Source of the DNA: a virus
Virus record (IMG/VR): IMGVR_UViG_3300045988_107973
DNA length: 64,000 nt
Strand: one strand, 5' to 3'
A program made the position numbers and the translations under genes. Shown piece after piece: positions 25,315 to 35,512 of the stretch. Position 1 is the first letter of the stretch; every line of letters starts with the position of its first letter. The notes beneath the pieces are model-generated. The model was not told where the DNA came from. It was given only the letters and a program-made list of their open reading frames with translations, and made no database searches.

Positions 25315-25863
25315 TTGATGCCAGAAAACAAAGGATATCTTACATCTGACCGATCTACGGCAGGCGACGAGCGATACACTCCGGTTTACGCAGTTGTTCC
25401 ATTGCTTGAATTTGCCCCCCCCCCATCGAGTAAAGCAGTGATTTGGTGTCCGTTTGATAAAGAATGGTCTGCTTTTGTGCAGGTGTTTAGAAATGCTGGG
25501 TACAAAGTAGAGTGTAGCCATATCGATAATGGGCAAGATTTCTTTACATATGAACCAGAACGTTGGGATGTTATGATTTCGAATCCTCCTTTTAGTAAGA
25601 AGGATGATGTGCTGCGTAGAGCATATGAACTTGAAAAACCGTTTGCTCTACTGCTTCCTGCAAATAGTATTCAGGGGAAAACACGATTTGACATTTTTAA
25701 AAATGATGTACAGATGTTGTGTTTTGATTCTCGAATCGGATTTATGGACCCTGAACACACAGACAGTCCTGTCGAGGGAGTGTCGTTTGGAAGTGCATAC
25801 TTCTGTAGAAATTTTCTTCCAAGTAAGTTAGAACTGCGGAAGCTTGATAAGAAAATCTCATAA
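25315..25863 (+). CDS. putative DNA N6-adenine methyltransferase (NPPF motif)
   Basis: Product contains DVMISNPPFS (motif IV, (D/N)PP(F/Y) type) and an N-terminal DERYTPVYAV phage-MTase-like segment. It lies 10 nt after the C5-MTase stop. Confidence 0.5.
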   Translation: MMPENKGYLTSDRSTAGDERYTPVYAVVPLLEFAPPPSSKAVIWCPFDKEWSAFVQVFRNAGYKVECSHIDNGQDFFTYEPERWDVMISNPPFSKKDDVLRRAYELEKPFALLLPANSIQGKTRFDIFKNDVQMLCFDSRIGFMDPEHTDSPVEGVSFGSAYFCRNFLPSKLELRKLDKKIS

Positions 25864-25891
25864 AAGGCTAATTCAAATAAGAGGTGACCTA

Positions 25892-26122
25892 ATGAACAGC
25901 AAAACTCCTATCAATATATCTATCGACCACGGTTCATTGAGCCTTCCGGCAAGTCCTATCTTTCAGAAGGAGAAGAACACGTATCTCTGTCCGTTTTGCG
26001 TGACGAAGCTGGAAAAGTTCGAGTGTGAATGTTCTGATTGTCATCGCAAGATGGATTGGAGTGTGTGGATGGATAAGAATGCAAAGCATAACTATGCATG
26101 TGCTGAAAGTGGTGTGTTATGA
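25892..26122 (+). CDS. hypothetical zinc-ribbon protein
   Basis: ATG at 25892 after AAGAGGTG. Product contains CPFC...CECSDC. Confidence 0.35.
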   Translation: MNSKTPINISIDHGSLSLPASPIFQKEKNTYLCPFCVTKLEKFECECSDCHRKMDWSVWMDKNAKHNYACAESGVL

Positions 26123-26343
26123 AAGATTGGCTCCATGCAAGAAAAAAAGAAATTGAGAACATGACTTTCGACCAGGCAAAGGAAATTGTAGAGAAACAAA
26201 TCCGACTTGGCAAGGAAGGTGGAATGTGGTGTCCTCGTGAGCACACCACCCGCGCATATGAGATGATTCTTAAACGAGCTGTCGATTATGAGATTTTTCT
26301 AAGCACTTATAGAGACTGTCTAAAGAGGTTGGGCTATTTATGA
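26119..26343 (+). CDS. hypothetical small protein
   Basis: ORF with ATGA overlap. Confidence 0.35.
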   Translation: MKDWLHARKKEIENMTFDQAKEIVEKQIRLGKEGGMWCPREHTTRAYEMILKRAVDYEIFLSTYRDCLKRLGYL

Positions 26344-26618
26344 ATATAGATTTCTTCCAACGGCGTAAGACTCAGCTTGAAGATGCACTTCTTTTGAAGA
26401 ATCAGGCGGTCGATATGCTTGATTATCTAAAGATACACTATATCAGCAGTGACCAGTATTGTGCAATTCGAGATTATATTGAAGAAGCTGCTAAGATTTT
26501 GGAGAGTGACCTCGAATACGCAAACAACAAGCTGCAGTCCGCATTCAGACCTAAGTATAGTCGGAATAATAGATTGACTCGTGCTCAATCTAAGATGTTC
26601 CGTGATAGGGAATATTAA
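26340..26618 (+). CDS. hypothetical small protein
   Basis: ORF with ATGA overlap. Confidence 0.35.
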   Translation: MNIDFFQRRKTQLEDALLLKNQAVDMLDYLKIHYISSDQYCAIRDYIEEAAKILESDLEYANNKLQSAFRPKYSRNNRLTRAQSKMFRDREY

Positions 26619-26634
26619 AATGGGGTGATGCCGT

Positions 26635-26847
26635 ATGAACACATGTAAGAAAATATGCAACTGGTGTGGTCGTGAAATCAAGCCGATAGGCAGCGAGCAG
26701 GGAATCAGTTTTGAACATCAATACTCTTACGGTAGCCAACTTGATGGTTCGTTTTTGAGTTTTGATTTGTGTCCTGAGTGTTCAGAACGGCTCCCAGTAG
26801 TGCTCGGCGCGATGTTTTTACATAATCCCTTAAAGGACGATTTCTAA
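26635..26847 (+). CDS. hypothetical zinc-ribbon protein
   Basis: Product contains CNWCG...CPEC. RBS GGGGTGATG. Confidence 0.35.
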   Translation: MNTCKKICNWCGREIKPIGSEQGISFEHQYSYGSQLDGSFLSFDLCPECSERLPVVLGAMFLHNPLKDDF

Positions 26848-26993
26848 CGGCAAAAGCCGTATGAAAATATAAGCCATCAATAAGCCAGACGGAGGACAAT
26901 ATATAGAATGAATAGTGCATGAATTGACTCGAGACAATAAAAAGAAACATAAGTGATTACCGATGAAACAAAATTACATAAAGGAGACTTGAT

Positions 26994-28097
26994 ATGGCAG
27001 ATAGAATTTTTAATCTTCCTCAGACCCGTGGTTCTTTTGAGATGGCTGGTAAGGTCACCGGCACCCAGCGTAGTAACTTCTATAACGAGAAGGAGACTAA
27101 GAGTGGTGCTATGCGCCGTGTCCTGAGCTTTGGCGTTCAGACTTCCAATGAAAACACTTTCTATGTTGATCTGGCTGGTATGCCTCGTGATAAGGTTTAC
27201 TTCTTCCGCCGTGCCGATAAGGACAAGGGCATCGAGAAGGATAAGAAGGAAGTTGCTTGGAAGGATCGTCTGACTTATGTTGCACCGGAAGGCTATGATA
27301 TGATTGGCGTCAAGGTCGGTGTTACCAAGAAGACGAATGAGTCTGGTAAGGTCGTCAATGATAACAAGACTCTGACCGATTTTGATGCAGCTAAGGAGAT
27401 TTCCGAGAATCTGCATGACGGTGACAACGTGTATGTCCGTGGTAACATCGAGTACAGCACTTACAACGATAAGCACCAGATTCGATTTGTTCCTACTCAG
27501 GTTTCTCTGAGTTCTAAGGAAATCGACTTCGATGCAGAGGACTTTGAAGAGCTGGCTCTGTTCACTCAGACCATTGTGTACACTAGTTGCCGTAAGAGCG
27601 ATGAGGACGATGAAGTAGTTGTCGATGCAAAGATCGTGAATTACAACACCATCGAGGATGCAGAGTTCTTCATTGACTATAAGGCAAACACTCAGAATAA
27701 GGTTCTGGCTGATTCTATTCGCAAGCGTCTGAAGCCCTACACCAGTTTCGAGTGCTTTGGTCCCATCGTTAATCAGCAGAAAGTTGAGGAAGTTGAGACT
27801 GAGAATATCTGGGGTGGTCCTAACAAGATGAAGCGTCAGGGCACTCCGGCAGTTCGCAAGCTGTATATCGAGGGTGTTAATCCTGATTCCTTTGATCCGA
27901 ATCCTGGTGATAAGGATGCGGAGCCCACTTACACTGAGGACAATATCTCTGAGGCACGGGCAAAAATTGCTGCCAACGCTCAGGCAAAGAAGGACTTCGA
28001 CGGCAAGGCTGCTGAGAACGACACTTCTTGGTGGGGTGGTTCTAACAAGTCTACTGCAACTCCTGTAAACGAGGAAGAGGATGACTGGGGAGTGTAA
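26994..28097 (+). CDS. putative phage ssDNA-binding protein (SSB-like, acidic C-terminal tail)
   Basis: 367-aa ORF after AAAGGAGA. Ends in the acidic tail NEEEDDWGV. Sits immediately upstream of the Sak4-like ATPase, a common SSB position. The assignment is weak and rests on position and tail. Confidence 0.35.
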   Translation: MADRIFNLPQTRGSFEMAGKVTGTQRSNFYNEKETKSGAMRRVLSFGVQTSNENTFYVDLAGMPRDKVYFFRRADKDKGIEKDKKEVAWKDRLTYVAPEGYDMIGVKVGVTKKTNESGKVVNDNKTLTDFDAAKEISENLHDGDNVYVRGNIEYSTYNDKHQIRFVPTQVSLSSKEIDFDAEDFEELALFTQTIVYTSCRKSDEDDEVVVDAKIVNYNTIEDAEFFIDYKANTQNKVLADSIRKRLKPYTSFECFGPIVNQQKVEEVETENIWGGPNKMKRQGTPAVRKLYIEGVNPDSFDPNPGDKDAEPTYTEDNISEARAKIAANAQAKKDFDGKAAENDTSWWGGSNKSTATPVNEEEDDWGV

Positions 28098-28119
28098 TTT
28101 TTAGTCTTAGCTAAGTAAT

Positions 28120-28128
28120 ACAGGATAC
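28120..28128 (+). promoter_or_regulatory. conserved ACAGGATAC motif copy upstream of 28144 gene
   Basis: agtaatACAGGATACataaggag lies directly before the RBS. Confidence 0.45.
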
Positions 28129-28143
28129 ATAAGGAGTTTAGTT

Positions 28144-28437
28144 ATGCAGAATACTCTTGAGTATACCGCTTATAATGGTATGAAATTTTACATTGTCTAT
28201 ATCGAAGCGCTTGAAAAGGAACCTGAAGAAGACTCTCCGATGATGTCTATTGTGTTTACTACGCATCCTGAGATTATTGCAGAAGCTAAAGCCGACGCGG
28301 AATGCAATGGTGGTGCTGTTCCGGTAGGGTGTAAAGACCTTCTGGTTGATAGTGTGGATAACATCACCCGTCAGTTGGATTATGTTGCTCATGCAGTTGA
28401 AACGGGTGATCCGTGGTATGAGTGTTTGAAAGTTTAA
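28144..28437 (+). CDS. hypothetical acidic protein
   Basis: ORF after AAGGAG. Confidence 0.4.
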   Translation: MQNTLEYTAYNGMKFYIVYIEALEKEPEEDSPMMSIVFTTHPEIIAEAKADAECNGGAVPVGCKDLLVDSVDNITRQLDYVAHAVETGDPWYECLKV

Positions 28438-28470
28438 TAAAAGAAAAGATTTAGAGAGGAATTTACATAT

Positions 28471-29619
28471 ATGGCTATGATTCGTAAGGCATCTGCTGTT
28501 CGTAAGAAGCTTCATATGCTGATTTATGGTGAACAGGGAACTGGTAAATCTCGTACTGCTATGCAGCTGTGCTATCTGAAGAATGCAGACGGTAAGCCAT
28601 TCCGTGTTCTGTATTTGGATACCGAGAATGGTTCTATTGATAATTACACCGAGGAACTGGAAGCTAATGGTGTGAATCCTGACAATCTGTTGATTGTTTA
28701 CACCCAGTCTCTGGCAGAAGTTCAGGATTATATCAAAATGGTTACCAACGATGAGGACATCGAGGATGAGAATGGAGATGTTTATCTGGACGCAAATGGC
28801 AAGCCGTTCCGTGCAGACGCTTTGGTTGTTGACTCTGCATCTATTCTCAAGATGACAGCCACTCAGGGGCTCACCGCCTTCTCGCAGAAGCGTGCCAAGG
28901 TTAAGGCCGCATCTCAGGGTCTGACTGGTGATGAAAAGGCAGTTAAGATTGAGGGTGCTGGCATGGAGCTCAAGGATTTCAATACCCTGAACTTCAAGGG
29001 TCAGTCTCTGATTTTGGATCTGAATGCATCTGGTGTGAACTACATCGTTGTTTGCCGAGAGAAGGACGAGAAGCATACTAAGGTTGTGAATGGTTCTATC
29101 GTAAGTGAGCCTACTGGTCGTAAGATTCCTGATGGGTTTGCTGGTCAGGAGTATAACGTTGATACGGAGTTCCGTCTGTATTTCCAAGATGGTCAGCAGC
29201 TCGCTTTCTTTGATAAGGATCGTACTGGTATGCACAAGGGCGGTGAGGTTGTCGAGGATCTGACCCTGCTTGAGTATCAGGATATTATTTCTAGCAGTGC
29301 AAAGAATCGAGAGAACATTATCAAAAACGGTCTGAATGATGCTGTTAAAACTGAGGTTAAGTTGAGTATGCGTGACCTTGGCATCGAAAATGATGAGACG
29401 GATGATGTTCCAGTGCACAAGAATTCTGAATCTAAGGAACCTTCCATGGATGACATCAAGAAAAAGCTGAACGACCTGGTTGCCGCAGCTTCTCCTGTAA
29501 AGAGCAGTGCCGCACAAAAGGCTGTGCGGGCAGCAGGTCTGTCTACTGCGTTCCGTTCTATGACTGATATCGAGGAACTGAAGAAGGTTGCCGCAATCAT
29601 GGAGAAGGAACTGGCTTAA
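28471..29619 (+). CDS. AAA_24 / Sak4-like RecA-fold ATPase (phage recombination protein)
   Basis: Walker A KLHMLIYGEQGTGKSRTA. Walker B-like RVLYLDTENG and ALVVDSAS. The antisense 459-aa ORF is judged spurious. Confidence 0.55.
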   Translation: MAMIRKASAVRKKLHMLIYGEQGTGKSRTAMQLCYLKNADGKPFRVLYLDTENGSIDNYTEELEANGVNPDNLLIVYTQSLAEVQDYIKMVTNDEDIEDENGDVYLDANGKPFRADALVVDSASILKMTATQGLTAFSQKRAKVKAASQGLTGDEKAVKIEGAGMELKDFNTLNFKGQSLILDLNASGVNYIVVCREKDEKHTKVVNGSIVSEPTGRKIPDGFAGQEYNVDTEFRLYFQDGQQLAFFDKDRTGMHKGGEVVEDLTLLEYQDIISSSAKNRENIIKNGLNDAVKTEVKLSMRDLGIENDETDDVPVHKNSESKEPSMDDIKKKLNDLVAAASPVKSSAAQKAVRAAGLSTAFRSMTDIEELKKVAAIMEKELA

Positions 29620-30311
29620 TGGAACTTACCCGTAAATGTATGATTTGCGGGAAGAATATTTTCATCGAGCGAGACCGTAGCACGTTTTTCTACGACAAGA
29701 CTGGTTTTTGTCATAAGGATTGTTTTGTAGAAAAAAAGAAAAATCAAAAACGCCCTTGGACAGATGACCTGCTAAGGGCATTTTTTGACAAAGCAAAACC
29801 CGCTACGGATAAAAAGGTCGATGATCTTCTTTCCAAAAAGAGAGAACAAGACCACAATCGTGAGCTTGCACATATCAAACAGGAAGAAAAAAAGATTCTT
29901 TTCGACCATATTCGAGATACATACGCCCCGGCGGTTGTTCCTGGTAGCTTCTACTCGAAACTTACGCAGTTGATTTCCGGTAATTATTACAAATATAGAG
30001 GTTCTATTCCTCCGCTAGAACTCTACGATATGTGGGTTCTAGCGAAACCCCGACTAGATAAGATAATTGCCGAGAAAGAAGCAAAGGGTTGCGATATGAG
30101 CCAGCGATGGAATTACGACTTGGCTATTTTGCTGGCTCAATATCCTAGTTATCTCGAACGAAAAGAAAAACTAGCTTCGATTCGCAGTGAAAGCGAGGGC
30201 AAAACGAAGGAAAATTTGACTGAAACGGTACTGAAACGGATGAAAACAGCACCGAAACAGAGTAAAAACGAGAATGAAATCGATATAAGTGCAATTCTCG
30301 ATGAGATATAA
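29619..30311 (+). CDS. hypothetical protein with N-terminal zinc finger
   Basis: Product contains CMICGK...CHKDC. Confidence 0.4.
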   Translation: MELTRKCMICGKNIFIERDRSTFFYDKTGFCHKDCFVEKKKNQKRPWTDDLLRAFFDKAKPATDKKVDDLLSKKREQDHNRELAHIKQEEKKILFDHIRDTYAPAVVPGSFYSKLTQLISGNYYKYRGSIPPLELYDMWVLAKPRLDKIIAEKEAKGCDMSQRWNYDLAILLAQYPSYLERKEKLASIRSESEGKTKENLTETVLKRMKTAPKQSKNENEIDISAILDEI

Positions 30312-30328
30312 AAGAGGGAGGTGGATGA

Positions 30329-31852
30329 GTGGAACTCATTTCAAATATCCCGAACGAAATTCTATTTGTTGGCGCAATTTACAAGCATCCTGACTATTTG
30401 GTCGAGTATGGGCATTATGTCAAGAGCAAGTACGATTTTGCCGATGAAGCAACAAAATTTTTCTACGATGCAGCGCTAATTATTTATGAAACTCGGACTC
30501 AAGAATTTAATAAAACATCTGTTTTAACGTTTATGGCTGAAGACGAGTCCAGATTGTCCCAATACAAGCGGCTGAAGGGCTGGTCAACCATTGAATACTA
30601 CATAAGCCTTGCGAATGACGATGACATCAAGGGGTACTTCAATATCCTGAAGAAATATTCTCTACTTCGTGAGTACCAGAGAAACGGATTTAACATTGAG
30701 GGAATCTTGAAGCATCGACAGTTTGAAATGTTTGGTGCTCAGGACATTTACAAATTGATTCGTGGCAAGGCAGACAAGATCAATACGGTTATCATCACAA
30801 ACGATGATGCTGAGATTTTGAATAATGGTCTGCTGCCAATGGTTAATGAACGTCTGAGTGTTCCTGATATGGGCTTGCCGTTCCAGTATCCTATCATGAA
30901 TGATTTGTTTCGAGGATTGAAGCTGGGCACTGTGATGTTCAATGGTATGCCATCTAACGCTGGTAAGACTAGATACATGATGGCGATTGTTGCATACGTC
31001 ACATTGGTTCAAAAGCAAAAAGCACTCCTGCTGCTGAACGAGATGGATCTTGAATCAGTCCGGTATTGCTTACTGGTCACCGCCATCAATAATCCTGAGT
31101 TTCAAGAGTTGCATGGTCATCGTTTCCATAAGGATGAGCGAGAGATCACTCTTGGAATGTACCGGGATGCAAACGGAAATTTCATCTTCCGAAAACAAAA
31201 TGAGGATGGAGAATACATAGAAAGCATTGATGAGTTCACCGCCCGTGTCTACGAGGAAAGCGAAGAGTACCGCAATGTGCTTGATGTTTGCCAGTGGATT
31301 GAGAGCGAATCACAAGGCTTGATTATCGCAAAGGATGTTTCAGCTGATTACAGTGATAAGTCTCTGCGATTCGAGATCCAAAAGGCAGCTCTCACTCAGG
31401 GAGTTAAGTATGTGTTCTACGATACTCTAAAGAACGACATTGCATCTATTGGTGAATGGGCAGCGTTCAAGGTCACGGCCACCGAGCTTGAAGAGATTGC
31501 GAAAAATCTGAAGATCTTTATCTACGGTAGCATCCAGTTGGCTGAAAATGCCCATGAGTATCTTCCTGATGAGCTGAATTCAAACAACATTGCTGAGTCA
31601 AAAATGATTAAGCATGTTGCTTGGACAATGGTTCTGTTCAAGGAGATTCCAAAAGATAAGTTCGTGAAGTATCAATACATCTCTCATGACCCTGAGTGGG
31701 GCGGTGACTGTGCCCATCGGCTAAATCCAGATAAGCGGTATTACGTTGGAAACATCGATAAGAACCGCTTTGGTGAGAAAAAGAAAATCATGTTTGAAGT
31801 GAATTTGAACCAGAATGTCTGGAAAGAGGTCGGTGTCTGCACCAGAAAGTAA
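30329..31852 (+). CDS. dnaB: DnaB-like replicative DNA helicase
   Basis: N-terminal DnaB-N-like segment (IPNEILFVGAIYKHPDYL). RecA-fold core with GLPFQYPIMNDLFRGLKLGTVMFNGMPSNAGKTRYMMAI (Walker A). GTG start after GGAGG. Confidence 0.6.
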   Translation: MELISNIPNEILFVGAIYKHPDYLVEYGHYVKSKYDFADEATKFFYDAALIIYETRTQEFNKTSVLTFMAEDESRLSQYKRLKGWSTIEYYISLANDDDIKGYFNILKKYSLLREYQRNGFNIEGILKHRQFEMFGAQDIYKLIRGKADKINTVIITNDDAEILNNGLLPMVNERLSVPDMGLPFQYPIMNDLFRGLKLGTVMFNGMPSNAGKTRYMMAIVAYVTLVQKQKALLLLNEMDLESVRYCLLVTAINNPEFQELHGHRFHKDEREITLGMYRDANGNFIFRKQNEDGEYIESIDEFTARVYEESEEYRNVLDVCQWIESESQGLIIAKDVSADYSDKSLRFEIQKAALTQGVKYVFYDTLKNDIASIGEWAAFKVTATELEEIAKNLKIFIYGSIQLAENAHEYLPDELNSNNIAESKMIKHVAWTMVLFKEIPKDKFVKYQYISHDPEWGGDCAHRLNPDKRYYVGNIDKNRFGEKKKIMFEVNLNQNVWKEVGVCTRK

Positions 31853-31861
31853 GGAACTACA

Positions 31862-32884
31862 ATGGTAAATATCGCAGATCTGAAAAATTACATTCTTGAA
31901 GAACAGCAGATTGAACCGATTCTGGAGGAACTTGGTTGTCATCATATCAGTCACAAGACTGGTTATTACCAGTGTACAAATCCAGATGGTGACAATAGAA
32001 CGGCACTCTGTATCTACGAGAATGAAAATCTTACTGCGGTAGATTACACACGAGATATTGCCAATGGAAAGACCAGTTATGATTTGATTTCTGTCGTCCA
32101 GTTCTTTCTGGAACTGTCTTTCCCAAAAGCTATCAAGCAAATCTGCGAATGGGTTGGTCTTGACTACTATCACAACTTCGAGGAAGACCTTCCTAAAAGT
32201 ATGTTGATTCTAAAAGAGCTCATTACCATGCAAAATGAAAGTGAAGAACACGAGGATGATCGTCCGATAGTCCCCATCTCCGAAGCCATCCTCGGTTATT
32301 ACAAACCTTATGTGAACCAGATTTTTGCTGACGATGGGATATCTTATGAGACGCAGCGGGAGTTTGAGATTGGCTTTGATGAACTGACAAATAGAATCAC
32401 GATTCCAATTAGAGATGAAATTGGTACTCTGGTTGGTGTAAAGGGAAGATATTTTGGTAAGCCGCCTGAAGGTGAATTGAAGTATCTATATCTTGAGCCG
32501 TGTGCCAGAAACCGTATTCTGTATGGTCTGTATAAGACAGAGCCATACATTAAGAATGAAGGTCTGGTATATGTTGGTGAAGCTGAAAAGTCTGTCATGC
32601 AGATGTGGAACATGGATGTTTATAACTGTGTGGCGACTTGCGGTAAGAAGGTTTCACAGAATCAAATTGAAATTTTAACACGTCTTTGCGTTGATATTTG
32701 TTTTGTATTTGATAAAGACGTTCGGCTTAGTGAGCTTATGGTTCTCGCCAATCGATTTGTCGATGGCGTAAGTGTGTATGCTGTAGTAGATGATAAAGGG
32801 ATTCTGGATGAAAAGGAAGCCCCGACTGACAATCCTGAAAAATTTAAAGCATTGATTGAGAATTGTGTTAGGAGAATTAAATGA
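31862..32884 (+). CDS. DnaG-like DNA primase (zinc-binding + TOPRIM)
   Basis: Zinc-binding segment CHHISHKTGYYQCTNPDG. TOPRIM-like segment VYVGEAEKSVMQM...CVDICFVFDKD. Confidence 0.55.
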   Translation: MVNIADLKNYILEEQQIEPILEELGCHHISHKTGYYQCTNPDGDNRTALCIYENENLTAVDYTRDIANGKTSYDLISVVQFFLELSFPKAIKQICEWVGLDYYHNFEEDLPKSMLILKELITMQNESEEHEDDRPIVPISEAILGYYKPYVNQIFADDGISYETQREFEIGFDELTNRITIPIRDEIGTLVGVKGRYFGKPPEGELKYLYLEPCARNRILYGLYKTEPYIKNEGLVYVGEAEKSVMQMWNMDVYNCVATCGKKVSQNQIEILTRLCVDICFVFDKDVRLSELMVLANRFVDGVSVYAVVDDKGILDEKEAPTDNPEKFKALIENCVRRIK

Positions 32885-34605
32885 ATGTAAAACTCTGGAA
32901 GGGGAGTAGGAACGACCTATCAGACCCGATTGGAACGATTATGGAGAACAGAGGGGTTGAGGATTATAAGACCTACATGAACCTAGATGATTCTTGTCTG
33001 AATTCTCCGTGGGAACTGGACAACATGGAAGATGCTGTCCGGCTGTTGAACAAACATATCTGGAATAAGTCTATTATCTCTATCCTTGTAGACTGTGATG
33101 TGGATGGATTCACAAGTGCTTCAATGATGTTTCAGTATTTGAAGACGATTGGTTATTTTGGAAAAATCAATGTTCTGCATCATAGTGGCAAGGAGCATGG
33201 ACTCTCTAAAGAAATTGAGGTTCCACCTGAAACTACCTTGCTGATTATTCCTGACGCTGGTAGTAACGATGTTGAGCAGTGTAAGGAACTCCGCGAAAAG
33301 GGCATCGATATTTTGATTCTTGACCATCATATCTGTGACAGAGAAAATCCTTACGCAGTGATCGTCAACAACCAGAAGGGTACATATTCTAACAAGGAAT
33401 TGTCTGGCGCTGGCGTAGTGTACAAGTTCCTTCAGGCTGTTGATGAATATAATTGGACTGATGTTGCAGACCGATATCTTGATCTGGTGGCTGTCGGAAA
33501 TATCGGTGATGTCATGGATATGCACTCGCATGAGACGAAACGTCTTTGCACGAAAGGTTTGGCACGAATTGTAAATCCGATGATTTGTGCTTTGATTGAG
33601 GCAAACAGTTTCAATATCAAGGGTGATCCGACCATCAATGATGTTCAATTCTACATTGTTCCCATGATGAACGCACTGATTCGCGTTGGCTCATCCGAGC
33701 AAAAGAAACGGATGTTCCGTGCGATGGTAGGTGAGGAACAGACTTTCCAGTATACTCCAACTCGTGGCAAGAATGCCGGTATCACAATTGATGAGACTCT
33801 GGCGCAGCATGTAGCTCGTGAGTGTTCCTCTTGTAAGTATCAGCAAAATAAAATCAAGGACAAGGCCGTCACAGAGCTTCAGAAACTGATTGAGAAGCAC
33901 AGTGCAGACCAGGACAAGATTCTCTTCTGCAACTCCACTGGCATTCTTGATAATACTCTGACTGGTGTTGTGGCAATTAAGCTGGCTGAAATGTATGCAA
34001 AACCGTGCGTACTACTTCGTACTTTCGCTGATGAACCAGACTATTACGGTGGTTCAATGAGAAATCCTGATGGTTCTCCGATTGAAAGCTTAAAGGAATT
34101 TTTGATGAGCACCGGAGATTTTGAGTCGGTTCTTGGTCATGATAATGCAGCTGGTGTGAAAATCAAGAAAGAAAATGTGCCAAAGGCGATTGCGGATTGC
34201 AATGAGCTGCTTAAAGATGTCACGATGAGTAAGGCAATCGTAGTTGACTTTGATTTTGACTATAGTAGGCTGACTGTTGCACTGCCGAAGACCATGTATG
34301 AAATGCATAAAATCTGGGCACAGGGAATCTCGGAGCCATATTTCTACATTAAAAATATTCCGCTGATTCATAGTGCGTGTGCTCCGATGGGCAAGAATGG
34401 AAACATGTGGAAGTATTCTGATGAAGAAAAAGGCATTGATTTTGTGTGCTTTGCTGATAATGGCCGGATGATTGGCTGGATCAACAATGACTTCTATGGT
34501 GGTCAAGAAGAAAAGTATATCAATGCCGTGTGCCGGTTGTCTTTGAATCAGTATGGAAACAAGGTGACTCCGCAGGCACAGATTGTTGATTTTGAGGTGA
34601 TTTGA
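32881..34605 (+). CDS. RecJ-like DHH-family phosphoesterase / ssDNA exonuclease
   Basis: DHH motifs ILVDCDVDGFTS, LLIIPDAG and ILILDHHI, followed by GAGVVYKF. Confidence 0.55.
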   Translation: MNVKLWKGSRNDLSDPIGTIMENRGVEDYKTYMNLDDSCLNSPWELDNMEDAVRLLNKHIWNKSIISILVDCDVDGFTSASMMFQYLKTIGYFGKINVLHHSGKEHGLSKEIEVPPETTLLIIPDAGSNDVEQCKELREKGIDILILDHHICDRENPYAVIVNNQKGTYSNKELSGAGVVYKFLQAVDEYNWTDVADRYLDLVAVGNIGDVMDMHSHETKRLCTKGLARIVNPMICALIEANSFNIKGDPTINDVQFYIVPMMNALIRVGSSEQKKRMFRAMVGEEQTFQYTPTRGKNAGITIDETLAQHVARECSSCKYQQNKIKDKAVTELQKLIEKHSADQDKILFCNSTGILDNTLTGVVAIKLAEMYAKPCVLLRTFADEPDYYGGSMRNPDGSPIESLKEFLMSTGDFESVLGHDNAAGVKIKKENVPKAIADCNELLKDVTMSKAIVVDFDFDYSRLTVALPKTMYEMHKIWAQGISEPYFYIKNIPLIHSACAPMGKNGNMWKYSDEEKGIDFVCFADNGRMIGWINNDFYGGQEEKYINAVCRLSLNQYGNKVTPQAQIVDFEVI

Positions 34606-34606
34606 T

Positions 34607-34948
34607 GTGGGAAATTGGAAACGTGCTATCGCCATCGACTTTGATGGCACTCTTTGTGAGAATAATTATCCTGATATCGGTGAGCCAAACTGGAATATAA
34701 TTTATGAAGCAATTCAGGAACAGAAGCATGGTGCTGGGTTGATTCTCTGGACTTGCCGGGAAGGAAAGCTTCTGTATGATGCGATGGAAGCTTGTTTTGA
34801 TTGGGGAATCCAGTTTGATGCCATCAATGAAAGTCTTCCTGAGTGGAAAGAGCATTTTGGTACTGCACCTAGAAAGGTCGGTGCTGATGAATATTGGGAT
34901 GACAAGGCTGTGCCAGTGAAGAATGGAGGGTTGGTTTATAATGACTAA
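34607..34948 (+). CDS. small HAD-superfamily hydrolase-like protein
   Basis: HAD motif I AIAIDFDGTLCEN. Confidence 0.4.
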   Translation: MGNWKRAIAIDFDGTLCENNYPDIGEPNWNIIYEAIQEQKHGAGLILWTCREGKLLYDAMEACFDWGIQFDAINESLPEWKEHFGTAPRKVGADEYWDDKAVPVKNGGLVYND

Positions 34949-35246
34949 TGCGAATAATTACGATTTGTCGTTAAATCTGTTGGATGGCGCATGTCAATCG
35001 CTTGCAAATGCTTCAAAAAACTTGAAGCTGCTTCGGGAAGGAACCGCATTTAATCAGGTTCTGAACAATGCTACACATATTATTGAACCGGATGAGCTAA
35101 CTCATATTCTTGATAAATTCGCAGAGCAGCATCCTGACTGGGAAATCTGTCTTGAAACTGACCATGGGACGGTTAGTGAAAAACTTAAAATGAATCATAA
35201 TTTCTACGAAGGAATGGGTAATATGATTGTCCTTGATTTTGAATGA
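34941..35246 (+). CDS. hypothetical protein
   Basis: ATG at 34941, overlapping the upstream stop. Confidence 0.3.
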   Translation: MTNANNYDLSLNLLDGACQSLANASKNLKLLREGTAFNQVLNNATHIIEPDELTHILDKFAEQHPDWEICLETDHGTVSEKLKMNHNFYEGMGNMIVLDFE

Positions 35247-35512
35247 AGATGACAAAACGACGATGACGATATAGACATTACATAATTGATTATCGCACAT
35301 ACAATTGTACGCTCAAGAAATATCATAATTTGCATAGAGAGATCTATGCTAAAAACGCAAGAGATGCAGTTAGAATGTTAAGAAGTAAAGAGTGTAATCG
35401 TGAATTTGAAATTGTTAAAGTCTGGTTTGTTGATATCTTTGGATATCGAAATGATAGGTTTTATCCACGAACTTATGTAATAGATAAAGAGGATTATGAG
35501 TGAGGTGAGTGT

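Noticed and set aside
28138-29517. 459-aa minus-strand ORF
   Set aside because: Antisense to the Walker-A-containing Sak4-like ATPase gene and the preceding plus-strand gene. No independent support.
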